From Nostoc sp. DedSLP01 (GTDB taxonomy: Bacteria; Cyanobacteriota; Cyanobacteriia; Cyanobacteriales; Nostocaceae), in NCBI GenBank assembly GCA_034530875.2, contig JAVRCJ020000006.1, positions 64,001-128,000 of the forward strand: a DNA stretch of 64,000 nucleotides, written 5' to 3'. Made by a program: the position numbers and the translations under genes. The notes beneath the pieces were generated by a model. That model searched no databases and had not been told where the DNA came from. It saw nothing but the letters and a program-made list of their open reading frames with translations. Each line of letters begins with the position of its first letter. Position 1 is the stretch's first letter. This document shows positions 51,390 through 60,140 of this stretch, one piece after another.

Positions 51390-52940
51390 ATGTTAAACAA
51401 CAAAATCATCAAATATACTTCGAGATTACCCTTTAATTCTCCTTGGTTTATTATAATTATTTTTTCAACGCTTGGTTTAATAGGTATTCTCAACCATTCG
51501 ATGTGGCGAGATGAACTCAATCCCTGGCTTATTGTCAGAGATAGTAAATCTTTTGGGGATTTGATTGCAAATATTCGTTATGAAGGTCATCCTGTTCTAT
51601 GGTATTTTTCTCTGGCATTTCTGAGAAAAATAGTTGATAACCCTGCGATAGTGCAAATTTTTCATTGGGTAATTACTGTTGTTTCAGTGAGTCTTTTTTG
51701 CCTTTATAGTCCTTTTAACTATCGACAGAAACTTCTATTTTCCTTTGGTTATTTTGCTTTTTACGAATATCTTTTAATTTCTCGAAACTATGCTTTTAGC
51801 ATGTTATTTGTTTTTACGTTCTGCACAATTTTTTCATCCAGAAAAATAACTTATGCTTATTTGGCAATTTTATTAGGCTTACTAGCAAACAGTAGTGCGT
51901 ATGGTTTACTTGTATCATTTTCTTTAGTATTAACTTTGCTAGCTGAATTTTGTTTTGATAGCAAACATCGCAACAATTATTTTCAACAAAGTAAAAAATA
52001 TGACTTATTTTTAAGTATTTTAATTATTATATTTTCTTTTACTTTATGTATTTATATTATTACTCCTCCAGCAGATAGTTATCTTTATGGTGGGTTAAAT
52101 AATGGTTGGATAATGGAATTAAATTTTCGGCATTTTTTGAGAAGCATTGGTAGAATATTTGGTAGTTATTTATTAATTATTCCCCAACACAAAAGCTGGC
52201 TAGATTTAATTATTTGCACGATAATTGCTTTAATCATTGTAAGTCTAACTTTAATTAAATTATCCAAAAAACCAACTGCTGTATTTTTATATATTATAGG
52301 AAACTTAATATTATTGACCTTTACATACTTGAGATTTCCAGGTATGCCTCGACATTTTGGACATTTCTATTTAATTTTCATAGCATCTTTATGGTTGGGA
52401 AGTTATTTTCAAGATTCTTCCCTTTTATTAAATAAGTTTTCTGTTCGTCCCAATTCACTTACACTTATTCGGGCTGATAAATGGCATCATCTTGCTTTGA
52501 TGTTAATTCTTTATGCCCAGTTTTTGGGAGGTGTTTATAGTTTTTCACGAGATTTAGTTTTACCATATTCTGCAAGCAAAGAAACATCTCAATATCTTCA
52601 AAAAGCTGGGTTAGATAATGAATTTATTGTTGCCAGCCGAGATGCGAATATGGCTCCTTTATCGGGTTATCTGAATCGAAAGTTTTACTATCCCGAGTTG
52701 CAAAAAATGGGCAGTTTTACCCTATTTAATAAAGGTCGTAAAGATGTTGAGCAAGCTGAGATATTAAACCAAGTTAATTCTTTACTAAAAAATCAAGCTG
52801 AGCAAAAGAAAATTTTGTTGATTTTAAATAAAAAATTGGATATCAAGCGCAATGATTTGAAAATTGTGCCGATTAAAGATTTTGAAAGAAACTGGGTCGA
52901 TAGCGAACGATATTATCTTTATTGGGTAGATGAAGCTTAA
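51390..52940 (+). CDS. Polytopic membrane protein, probable GT-C glycosyltransferase
   Basis: HSMWRDE after TM1, YEGHPVLWY, YEY..ISRNY, about 11-12 TM segments. Confidence 0.65.
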   Translation: MLNNKIIKYTSRLPFNSPWFIIIIFSTLGLIGILNHSMWRDELNPWLIVRDSKSFGDLIANIRYEGHPVLWYFSLAFLRKIVDNPAIVQIFHWVITVVSVSLFCLYSPFNYRQKLLFSFGYFAFYEYLLISRNYAFSMLFVFTFCTIFSSRKITYAYLAILLGLLANSSAYGLLVSFSLVLTLLAEFCFDSKHRNNYFQQSKKYDLFLSILIIIFSFTLCIYIITPPADSYLYGGLNNGWIMELNFRHFLRSIGRIFGSYLLIIPQHKSWLDLIICTIIALIIVSLTLIKLSKKPTAVFLYIIGNLILLTFTYLRFPGMPRHFGHFYLIFIASLWLGSYFQDSSLLLNKFSVRPNSLTLIRADKWHHLALMLILYAQFLGGVYSFSRDLVLPYSASKETSQYLQKAGLDNEFIVASRDANMAPLSGYLNRKFYYPELQKMGSFTLFNKGRKDVEQAEILNQVNSLLKNQAEQKKILLILNKKLDIKRNDLKIVPIKDFERNWVDSERYYLYWVDEA

Positions 52941-53320
52941 GAAGAATGTGCGAAAGATTGTTATAGTTGTCAGCCAGATTATGCCAAAGAGCTAAAGCAA
53001 GGAACTAATTCTGCTTTCTTAGGCTTTTGTAAAGCTGTTCTGTTATAGCAACTAAAGGTTTGATTATTCTACAAGCAGAATGTGTCGCTAAAACGCCCAA
53101 AAATCAACCTTTTGCGTCCTTCGATCGGCTTGCGATCGCTGAGAAGTAGTTGTGATGGGTAAGGCTACTTTACACTGGAATAAGAGAACCTGTCATGAAT
53201 TGGCTTAGACTTCAGAGACTGAGGAGTTTATGATACCTTTTCGGTGTTAGTTATGAACTACTTACCTCGTGTGCTAAAACTTAATTTAAATTCTGTCAGT
53301 TACTAACGGAGTTGATGAGA

Positions 53321-53515
53321 ATGAACTTTATTCTTTTTGCCTTAGGAGTCGTTTATGTAGGTGGCGTTTGGAAGTTTTGGACTGGCTTTGAACGGACTAA
53401 TTTTAATCCAAATTTGACCAATCGCATTGGTCTATCTTTGCTTTGGCCAGCATTATTTATTACTAATCAATCCTACCGTCGAAATTTTAGAAAGGCATTA
53501 AAGGGCAAGATTTGA
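53321..53515 (+). CDS. Small membrane hypothetical protein
   Basis: YVGGVWKFWTGF..TNF...LSLLWP..SYRRNFRKALKG; start at 53315 or 53321. Confidence 0.7.
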   Translation: MNFILFALGVVYVGGVWKFWTGFERTNFNPNLTNRIGLSLLWPALFITNQSYRRNFRKALKGKI

Positions 53516-53677
53516 CTATTAAGTTATCTGAATTTCACAGATAAATACAGCATAATTTAGAATTCGGAACCCAGAATTCAGAATTAAAATAAAATTGATA
53601 CCAGGTTTTGAGGCTAAGTTTACCTACCTCACTTTGCTGGGAATCGGCTGTATATCTTAATCTAAATCTAGACCGTT

Positions 53678-53708
53678 AACCCCCCTTTCCTAATAGGAAA
53701 GGGGGGTT
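53678..53708. terminator. Hairpin between convergent genes
   Basis: AACCCCCCTTTCCT-aat-AGGAAAGGGGGGTT. Confidence 0.7.
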
Positions 53709-53761
53709 GAACGTACTCATCCTAAAAGGAGAGAATTAGCGAAAGGATAACTTCCTAATGT

Positions 53762-54160
53762 TTATTTGCCATTGGTGAGAAGATGGATTGCTCCACCCAC
53801 TGCTGCACCATCAACAGCATTGCCAAGGGTATCTTTTTTATCGCCAGTAATTACGCCAGTTAATGCGCTAGCACCTGCACCAACTCCGATATCTTGAGCA
53901 GCACTACGGTGACGGCGATCGCCTCTTAGTCCATTTGCACCATTTACGGCTGCACCAGTGGCACCACCCTTAACAGCATTACCTAAGAAACTACCATTTC
54001 CCCTAATAGCTCCGGTGACCACATTGGCAGCAGCCCCAATACCGATATCCCGTAGTACTTGGTCGTCAGCAGCAGCTGGTTTAGCAGGTACTAAAGTAAC
54101 GCCAGCTAAACTTGCAGCCATGAGGCTGGGTAGAAGTGTCCGCTTTAGGATTGTATTCAT
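53762..54160 (-). CDS. Secreted glycine-zipper protein
   Basis: Signal peptide ending PAAA; two repeats of DIG(I/V)GA...TG...LGNAV.G.A.G. Confidence 0.75.
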   Translation of the reverse strand: MNTILKRTLLPSLMAASLAGVTLVPAKPAAADDQVLRDIGIGAAANVVTGAIRGNGSFLGNAVKGGATGAAVNGANGLRGDRRHRSAAQDIGVGAGASALTGVITGDKKDTLGNAVDGAAVGGAIHLLTNGK

Positions 54161-54494
54161 TGTCTTAACCTTCTCAAAACATCAAACAATTGAATCAAGT
54201 TCAAAGTTACTGGAGTCAGAGAAATCTGATTTTTTCGTTTGGACAACAGCAACCATTTATTGTTTGAGAACATATATATAGTGACATTGATAAAGTTATA
54301 CCTACTTCTACTAAAAGCATGAAGTTCTACTCAGTCTAGAGAAGGTCTTACCTATACAGTAGGTATTTATCATAACTAGGCATTGACAAAATAAATTAAA
54401 TACGAAATGAAGTCTTTCGGATATGAGAGTTTGATTTGCGATCGCAAACTGGATGGCGTTTACCGTATCTATCCAAAGATAATTAGCAAAATAG

Positions 54495-55205
54495 TTAAAC
54501 TAACTCATCAGGGTTAATATTTAATTCTCTGAGTTTAGCAGCCAAGCGTTCTGAACGCTCCCATCCTGTCTTTAGCATATTGCCTTGATTATCCCACCAA
54601 CGCAACCAAGGTAATTCTAAATTTTGATAGCGACCTTGCCAGATTCCTAATTCTACACCCATTGATTCAATCGGATAATGTCCGCGTTCATTAGCAGGTA
54701 CTAGCTCATATTCACCCCTAAGCAATTGATACACCTCTACACTAGCTTTTTTCACTTCATAAATGCCATAAAAGGGAACTCTAATTGCTTGCTCATAAAC
54801 CCAAAACTTACCTGTAATTGGTGTTTTGTCTCGTTCTTCCTCGTCGCCATTACCAGAGACAAATTCTAAGACAATTAAAGGTGCTACATACTCTTGCCAC
54901 AATACATAAGAACGGCGTACTTGACCATTCAAAGTCGGGGGGACATTTGGCACATAAAACCAATCTGGTGCTTCCGCACCTTTTTCTGGTGGTTCAGTAA
55001 TTCGCCAATAGATACCGCTATCTTGTCCAATGCAATATTGTCCATCGGAATGTAACTTCTGCAAGATTGGTTCAATTGAATCTGTGAGCAATATGCTTTG
55101 AGGATGTTCTTGCAGGTTTTTCACAAAATTGCCGTCAGATTCTGGTAGCTGCGTATGGTCTGGTAGGCTTGATTCAATACCGAGTGGTGTTTGTGCTGAG
55201 GTCAT
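54495..55205 (-). CDS. Uma2 (DUF820) family endonuclease
   Basis: LPDHTQLPESDG, APDWFYVP, LEFVSG, K..VYEQAIRVPFY. Confidence 0.9.
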   Translation of the reverse strand: MTSAQTPLGIESSLPDHTQLPESDGNFVKNLQEHPQSILLTDSIEPILQKLHSDGQYCIGQDSGIYWRITEPPEKGAEAPDWFYVPNVPPTLNGQVRRSYVLWQEYVAPLIVLEFVSGNGDEEERDKTPITGKFWVYEQAIRVPFYGIYEVKKASVEVYQLLRGEYELVPANERGHYPIESMGVELGIWQGRYQNLELPWLRWWDNQGNMLKTGWERSERLAAKLRELNINPDELV

Positions 55206-55282
55206 GGGAACCTCCTAGATTTGGGGGGTTAATATGTAATATGGCATTTTTGTAGGGCGTAGGGGTGATGGGCTTCACTTAC

Positions 55283-58200
55283 CTAAAATAGCGATTGAGC
55301 TTCTACCTGCGTTTGAACCTCTGTTTCAACTTCAACTTGAGCCTCAACAATAGATGTATAAATTGGAATATCAGCTTGTATTGCTTCAAAACTCACAACT
55401 AAAGAGTATGGAACGCTAGCGTCTGGATCGTTGTTCCAACCTTCATGTCCAACTACTGCAATAGAAAATGCGTCTGTAAGTTCAAATGAATCTACAGCAG
55501 CCCAATCTTTTTGAAGGGTTCCTGCACTTCTGGATACATCTTTAATTATTCCGTGATTATTTTGTTTTCCTAGCATCCATTTAAAAATGCCCTCTCCCTT
55601 TTCTGCATCCTCTGGAGCATCATACTCTTTCAAAACCCTTTTCAGAAAACGTTCTGGATCTTCTCCTTTTTTACTACATTCCCAATCAAGCCAAGTTGAA
55701 AGATATTTCCGGCGATTTCTGCGGGTTCGACGTGGTTGAGCTTTGTACGATAAAGTAACTTCCACAAGAATTTTAAATGACTCTCCTGGAGAACGTAATT
55801 TTTCTGGTAGTTTTACTTGGTAAATATGAGCTTGTTTAGCTACAATACGGCGCTCTCCTGTTGTCATTAAAGTGATCCTATTAGGAGCATTACCCAAAGC
55901 ACGATCAACATCGGGAAGACCATAACCAATTTGACGAAGAACATGCAGTTTATTAACATCATCTGCCATTGTCCATTCAGGCCACCTTGCTGATTGCACT
56001 ATTAAGGCACGGTAAAGGAGACAATTTTCATTAGGTAAATCAGCAGCTATACGTGCAGCAATATGGCTGACTTTTGGTACTGCAAATGATGTTCCAACAT
56101 TATCAGAAGCAAGTGCTGGGCCACCGTTCAAAGTTGACCGTACTAATTCGGGACAAACATCTTTAGAGGTAGTAATAGTTGGAGGTGTACCTTCATCTTT
56201 TACTAAATCTCCACCATATTCAACTACTTCCGGTTTAATAGTATTCCAAATTCCTAATCCAGAACATGAAAAAGCTGAGGGTTGATCCTTTTGTGCAATG
56301 GAAGAATAAGGTGGTGAATTATAAGAATTTGAACCAATGGAACCAACTGTTAAAGCTTGAAAACTTTGTGCTGGATCAGCAATTCTACAGGAACTTTCCA
56401 ATAAATAATCTGGATATTTTCGATTTGCAGTAAGATGTTCTTGAATAGATATTCTTGTAAAGCTAATTCTATCATCTAGAGGTAAGTTTCCTGCTGAGAC
56501 AATAAAGAGAATATCCTTTTGCCATGTTAGATTATCAATAGCTGATGCCCAAGCACTCATATATCGAGTTCTACAAGGAACAGAAGCATTAATAGAATGA
56601 TTAAATAATCTTGTTCCTGCTTTTGTTTGATAAATTTCTACAATTTCATCTAGAAGATTCGGTGGAAATAGTTGCTTAGGTAATTTACAATTTTTATCTA
56701 AAACTCTTGCGTTTTGAATCCAGAAAAGAGTGTTTATACTTTCTGTACGAGGTATTGTTCTTGGATAAAGAACAGCACCAGCTACACTAGTTCCATGTCC
56801 ACCATTAACATAATCAGCAGTTTTATCTATTTCTCCAGGAACCAAAGATATAGAGTTTGCTGTGTCAATGGCTACTTTTAGTAATGGATGTCTTTCTTGA
56901 ATACCACTATCTATAATACATATTTTAGGAGCGTTTAATTTTGGAGGTTCTAGTTTAAATAGGAGGGAAAAAACATCATAAGAATTTTCTTTTTGAATAA
57001 GTTCTACAAATTCATTTGGTTCACTAACATCAAAAATATACGGAAAATAGAAAAGTAAATCTTTTAATCCTTTACCGCAAATTTGAATCCTACATAAGAA
57101 ACAGTCTGGTATATGAGCATATTTATTAATATATCCATCAGTATTTTTTATAACTATTCCCTCATACTCTTTATTTTGAACAAAATCTATAAATTGCTCC
57201 TCAATTTCATATTTACAATTATCCCATTGTTCATAGGATAAATTACGTTGATTAATCCAGTTATTAACTCTTTGAATAAACTGCAAGTTATTTTCATTAT
57301 CTTCTTGTACTGGGTAGTCAGAAAATTGATATTTATTTCCTATACAGGATAATCCTACATCAACAGTATATATCTGAGCATCTTTAACTTGATTCCAATG
57401 CTCTATTAATTCTTGAGAAAGAATGTATTCAGTTTTTTTAGTTCCATCGAAAATTTCCCAAATATTAGAAATTTTTTTATTCACAAAATTTATTGTGAAA
57501 AGTTTTACTAGCTTTTTCTGAAATTCACTAAATTCTTGTTCGTTAACAATCTCAGCAATATAATCTTCTTTTAGTTGACAAATTATTTGATCATTTTTTA
57601 TTGAGGAACTGTCTGAATTATTATCTACATTTTCATTATGTAAACTAATATCAAAAATATATGGAAAGTTAAAAACTAAATCTTTTAATCCTTGCCCTTT
57701 TATCTGAATACGACAAGAAAAACTGTCTGGTAGTTGGGCTAAATTAGGAATATCTTCGTCAGCCTTTTTTAAATAAATTCCTTTATATTCTTGAATAAAA
57801 GCTTTAAATTGTTCTTCTCTTTGTGACTTAATTTCGTCGCGTTCCTGCTCTATTAAATGACGTTTTTTCATCCAAGTATTGATTCTTTGAATAAATTGTG
57901 TATCACTTTCATCAGGCTTACGTTTTGGATAATTGGGAAGTAAAGGTTTACTTCCTATACAAGATATTCCTACATCAACAGTATATATATGGTCATCTTT
58001 AATTTGATACCAATGTTCTATTAAATTTTGATCAAGAATATATTGAAGTTTTCTACTACTATCTAAAATTTCCCATATTTCTGCAATTTTATTACCACCA
58101 AATTCTTGATTAATAAATTTTTCTATCTTTTTTTGCAACTCATTTAGTTCTATATCAAAGGAAATACCAAGAATACATCCATCTTCCAAATCAGCAATTA

Positions 58201-58519
58201 CTTCGATGCCATAAATTTGTAGTCGGTCTACATCAAAAGAAGAAGGATCTATCTTTAAAATAAGTGCAATAGGATAGGGAAGTTTATCTTTTTTCTTTTC
58301 TTCACGTTTTTTTTGAGAATCTTGCCAATCAAATATCAAAGTTTTTATTGAAACCTTTAGTTTATTTCCATGTTCCTGGCGATTATTCAAATTAGCAACT
58401 GTTATTGGATGTCTTCTTAACCCACCTAGTGGCGATGCAGCACGTCCTTCTGTTGTCAGCCTAAGCCGGATATGCGGAAATCCCTGAGAACTTTCAACCA
58501 TTTTTGCTCTAGACACCAA
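55283..58519 (-). CDS. S8 family serine peptidase (IetS/Y4bN-like) with a duplicated N-terminal domain
   Basis: Catalytic triad IIDSG, GHGTSVAG, GTSFAVP plus SAGN; start may be GTG 58519 or ATG 58501. Confidence 0.88.
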   Translation of the reverse strand: MVSRAKMVESSQGFPHIRLRLTTEGRAASPLGGLRRHPITVANLNNRQEHGNKLKVSIKTLIFDWQDSQKKREEKKKDKLPYPIALILKIDPSSFDVDRLQIYGIEVIADLEDGCILGISFDIELNELQKKIEKFINQEFGGNKIAEIWEILDSSRKLQYILDQNLIEHWYQIKDDHIYTVDVGISCIGSKPLLPNYPKRKPDESDTQFIQRINTWMKKRHLIEQERDEIKSQREEQFKAFIQEYKGIYLKKADEDIPNLAQLPDSFSCRIQIKGQGLKDLVFNFPYIFDISLHNENVDNNSDSSSIKNDQIICQLKEDYIAEIVNEQEFSEFQKKLVKLFTINFVNKKISNIWEIFDGTKKTEYILSQELIEHWNQVKDAQIYTVDVGLSCIGNKYQFSDYPVQEDNENNLQFIQRVNNWINQRNLSYEQWDNCKYEIEEQFIDFVQNKEYEGIVIKNTDGYINKYAHIPDCFLCRIQICGKGLKDLLFYFPYIFDVSEPNEFVELIQKENSYDVFSLLFKLEPPKLNAPKICIIDSGIQERHPLLKVAIDTANSISLVPGEIDKTADYVNGGHGTSVAGAVLYPRTIPRTESINTLFWIQNARVLDKNCKLPKQLFPPNLLDEIVEIYQTKAGTRLFNHSINASVPCRTRYMSAWASAIDNLTWQKDILFIVSAGNLPLDDRISFTRISIQEHLTANRKYPDYLLESSCRIADPAQSFQALTVGSIGSNSYNSPPYSSIAQKDQPSAFSCSGLGIWNTIKPEVVEYGGDLVKDEGTPPTITTSKDVCPELVRSTLNGGPALASDNVGTSFAVPKVSHIAARIAADLPNENCLLYRALIVQSARWPEWTMADDVNKLHVLRQIGYGLPDVDRALGNAPNRITLMTTGERRIVAKQAHIYQVKLPEKLRSPGESFKILVEVTLSYKAQPRRTRRNRRKYLSTWLDWECSKKGEDPERFLKRVLKEYDAPEDAEKGEGIFKWMLGKQNNHGIIKDVSRSAGTLQKDWAAVDSFELTDAFSIAVVGHEGWNNDPDASVPYSLVVSFEAIQADIPIYTSIVEAQVEVETEVQTQVEAQSLF

Positions 58520-58528
58520 AAATTAATA

Positions 58529-59551
58529 CTAGGAAACTTGGATTTCTGCGATTGCTTCTTCTAAGTGTTCTTGAATCACTAGCTCCTCTCGCTCAAGGAT
58601 TGCTCGTTTAGCAGCATCTTGTGCAACCCTCACGGCTTGAGCCGCAGAAAAATCTTTCATCTGCTCAATGATCCTTGACCAATTGATAGATCCTATTTCA
58701 ATTGCAGATAGTGTTTCCTTTAGTATAAATTCTAGCTCCTGTTCTCCTGGTTTGGGTACTGCAATTAAGTCATCAAATCTTCTCCAAAGAGCAGTATCTA
58801 GAGATTTATTCAGATTAGTTGCTGCGACTAAAAGTCCAGAAGACGGTTGATACTCATCCAAAATTTGAAGAAATGTATTTACTACTCGCTTAATTTCTCC
58901 TACTTCTTGATAATCTTCTCTGGACTTAGCAATCGAGTCACATTCATCCAGAAACAACAAACATGGATTTTTGGAAGCATCCTCAAATACAAGTCTCAAA
59001 TTGGTTGCAGTTTCACCTAAAAAAGACGATACCATTGCATCAAATCGAACTTTCAGTAGTGGTAAACCAGTATTCCAAGCTAGACGCTCTGCTCCTAGCG
59101 TTTTTCCACAACCAGGTGGCCCATATAAAAGAATTTTTTGTCTGTAACGCAGTCCATGATGAGCCAACCTGTCTCTTGCTGCATACTCGCGTTCAATTCG
59201 GCAAAAACGTTTCTCAATATTTTTAGGCAACACCATGTGATGCCGTAGTTTCTCCCTCGGTATGATAGTTACTAGAGGAAGATTAAATCGCTTACTGGTT
59301 GGTAATTCAGTTAAGGTCTCTAAGTTTTCTGGTACTGTTCGCGTAGCGTCTCGAAGAGAAGAAGCAGGTTTGCTGATGTTGGTAGACTTCTCTTTGTAGC
59401 TTTTTTTAGTGATATTCTCTAACTGATCAGCTAAGAGAGTATGTCCCTTACTGCGTTCTTCCTCAATTACTAAATATGTCAGCTTATCAATCGCCTCTTG
59501 ATCTGAACTAGCGATCGCTCTAAAAAATCTCTTGAGAAGCTCTGCTTTCAT
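58529..59551 (-). CDS. AAA ATPase (IetA/Y4kL-like)
   Basis: GPPGCGKT, SSFLGETATNL, LFLDECD, AATN...LDTALWRRFD; immediately upstream of the S8 gene. Confidence 0.9.
   Translation of the reverse strand: MKAELLKRFFRAIASSDQEAIDKLTYLVIEEERSKGHTLLADQLENITKKSYKEKSTNISKPASSLRDATRTVPENLETLTELPTSKRFNLPLVTIIPREKLRHHMVLPKNIEKRFCRIEREYAARDRLAHHGLRYRQKILLYGPPGCGKTLGAERLAWNTGLPLLKVRFDAMVSSFLGETATNLRLVFEDASKNPCLLFLDECDSIAKSREDYQEVGEIKRVVNTFLQILDEYQPSSGLLVAATNLNKSLDTALWRRFDDLIAVPKPGEQELEFILKETLSAIEIGSINWSRIIEQMKDFSAAQAVRVAQDAAKRAILEREELVIQEHLEEAIAEIQVS
59337..59360. repeat. 24-nt SDR-like element inserted in frame in the AAA ATPase
   Basis: GTTCGCGTAGCGTCTCGAAGAGAA, encoding SLRDATRT on the minus strand. 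Confidence 0.65.
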
Positions 59552-59710
59552 ACTGCCTCTCAGTATAAATAGTAACTTTTGAACAATTTAGTACAATAGT
59601 ACTAGATAAATATAGTGTATCGTAAATTGTAACGCGATTACCCTGTGCTTAATCATTATATTAAATTTTGTAAAACAAAAAACATTCTTCTGGTCAGAAT
59701 CTTAGTATAT

Positions 59711-59986
59711 CTAGACATAGCCTGTTTCCTTGAGGTCTATATCGTCTTCCCCTTCAATTAATAGCAAAGTCATCAGATCTCCTTCGACAAATCCTGTTAA
59801 TTTAAAATCGGGCATAGCTTTTAATTCCTCCATCGAAACTTTCTCAGAATAATATTTAAATATCATTTTAATTGCTTTATTTTTATCTAGATAATATTGA
59901 TAACTACTATCTTTCCGCATCAAATTTTCTACTATTTTTGTAATCCGGGCTAGAAGTTCTTGTTTGTCCCTCGAAATTTCCTGCAT
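59711..59986 (-). CDS. Hypothetical protein (91 aa)
   Basis: ATG preceded by GGGAGG; no recognisable motif. Confidence 0.6.
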   Translation of the reverse strand: MQEISRDKQELLARITKIVENLMRKDSSYQYYLDKNKAIKMIFKYYSEKVSMEELKAMPDFKLTGFVEGDLMTLLLIEGEDDIDLKETGYV

Positions 59987-60084
59987 AACTTCCTCCCAAT
60001 GATTTACTAAATTACTTCAATTATAAACAATCATCCTCAGCGAACCTCTGCGTTGACCTCAGCGCTCCTCTGCGTTTAAAAAAT

Positions 60085-60112
60085 AAAAAAAGGGCGGGCA
60101 AAATACCCACCC
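60085..60112 (-). terminator. tkt intrinsic terminator
   Basis: Minus strand GGGTGGGTA-tttt-GCCCGCCC followed by a T-run. Confidence 0.75.
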
Positions 60113-60140
60113 CAAAGAATAAGAGAATATTCTGTTGCTA

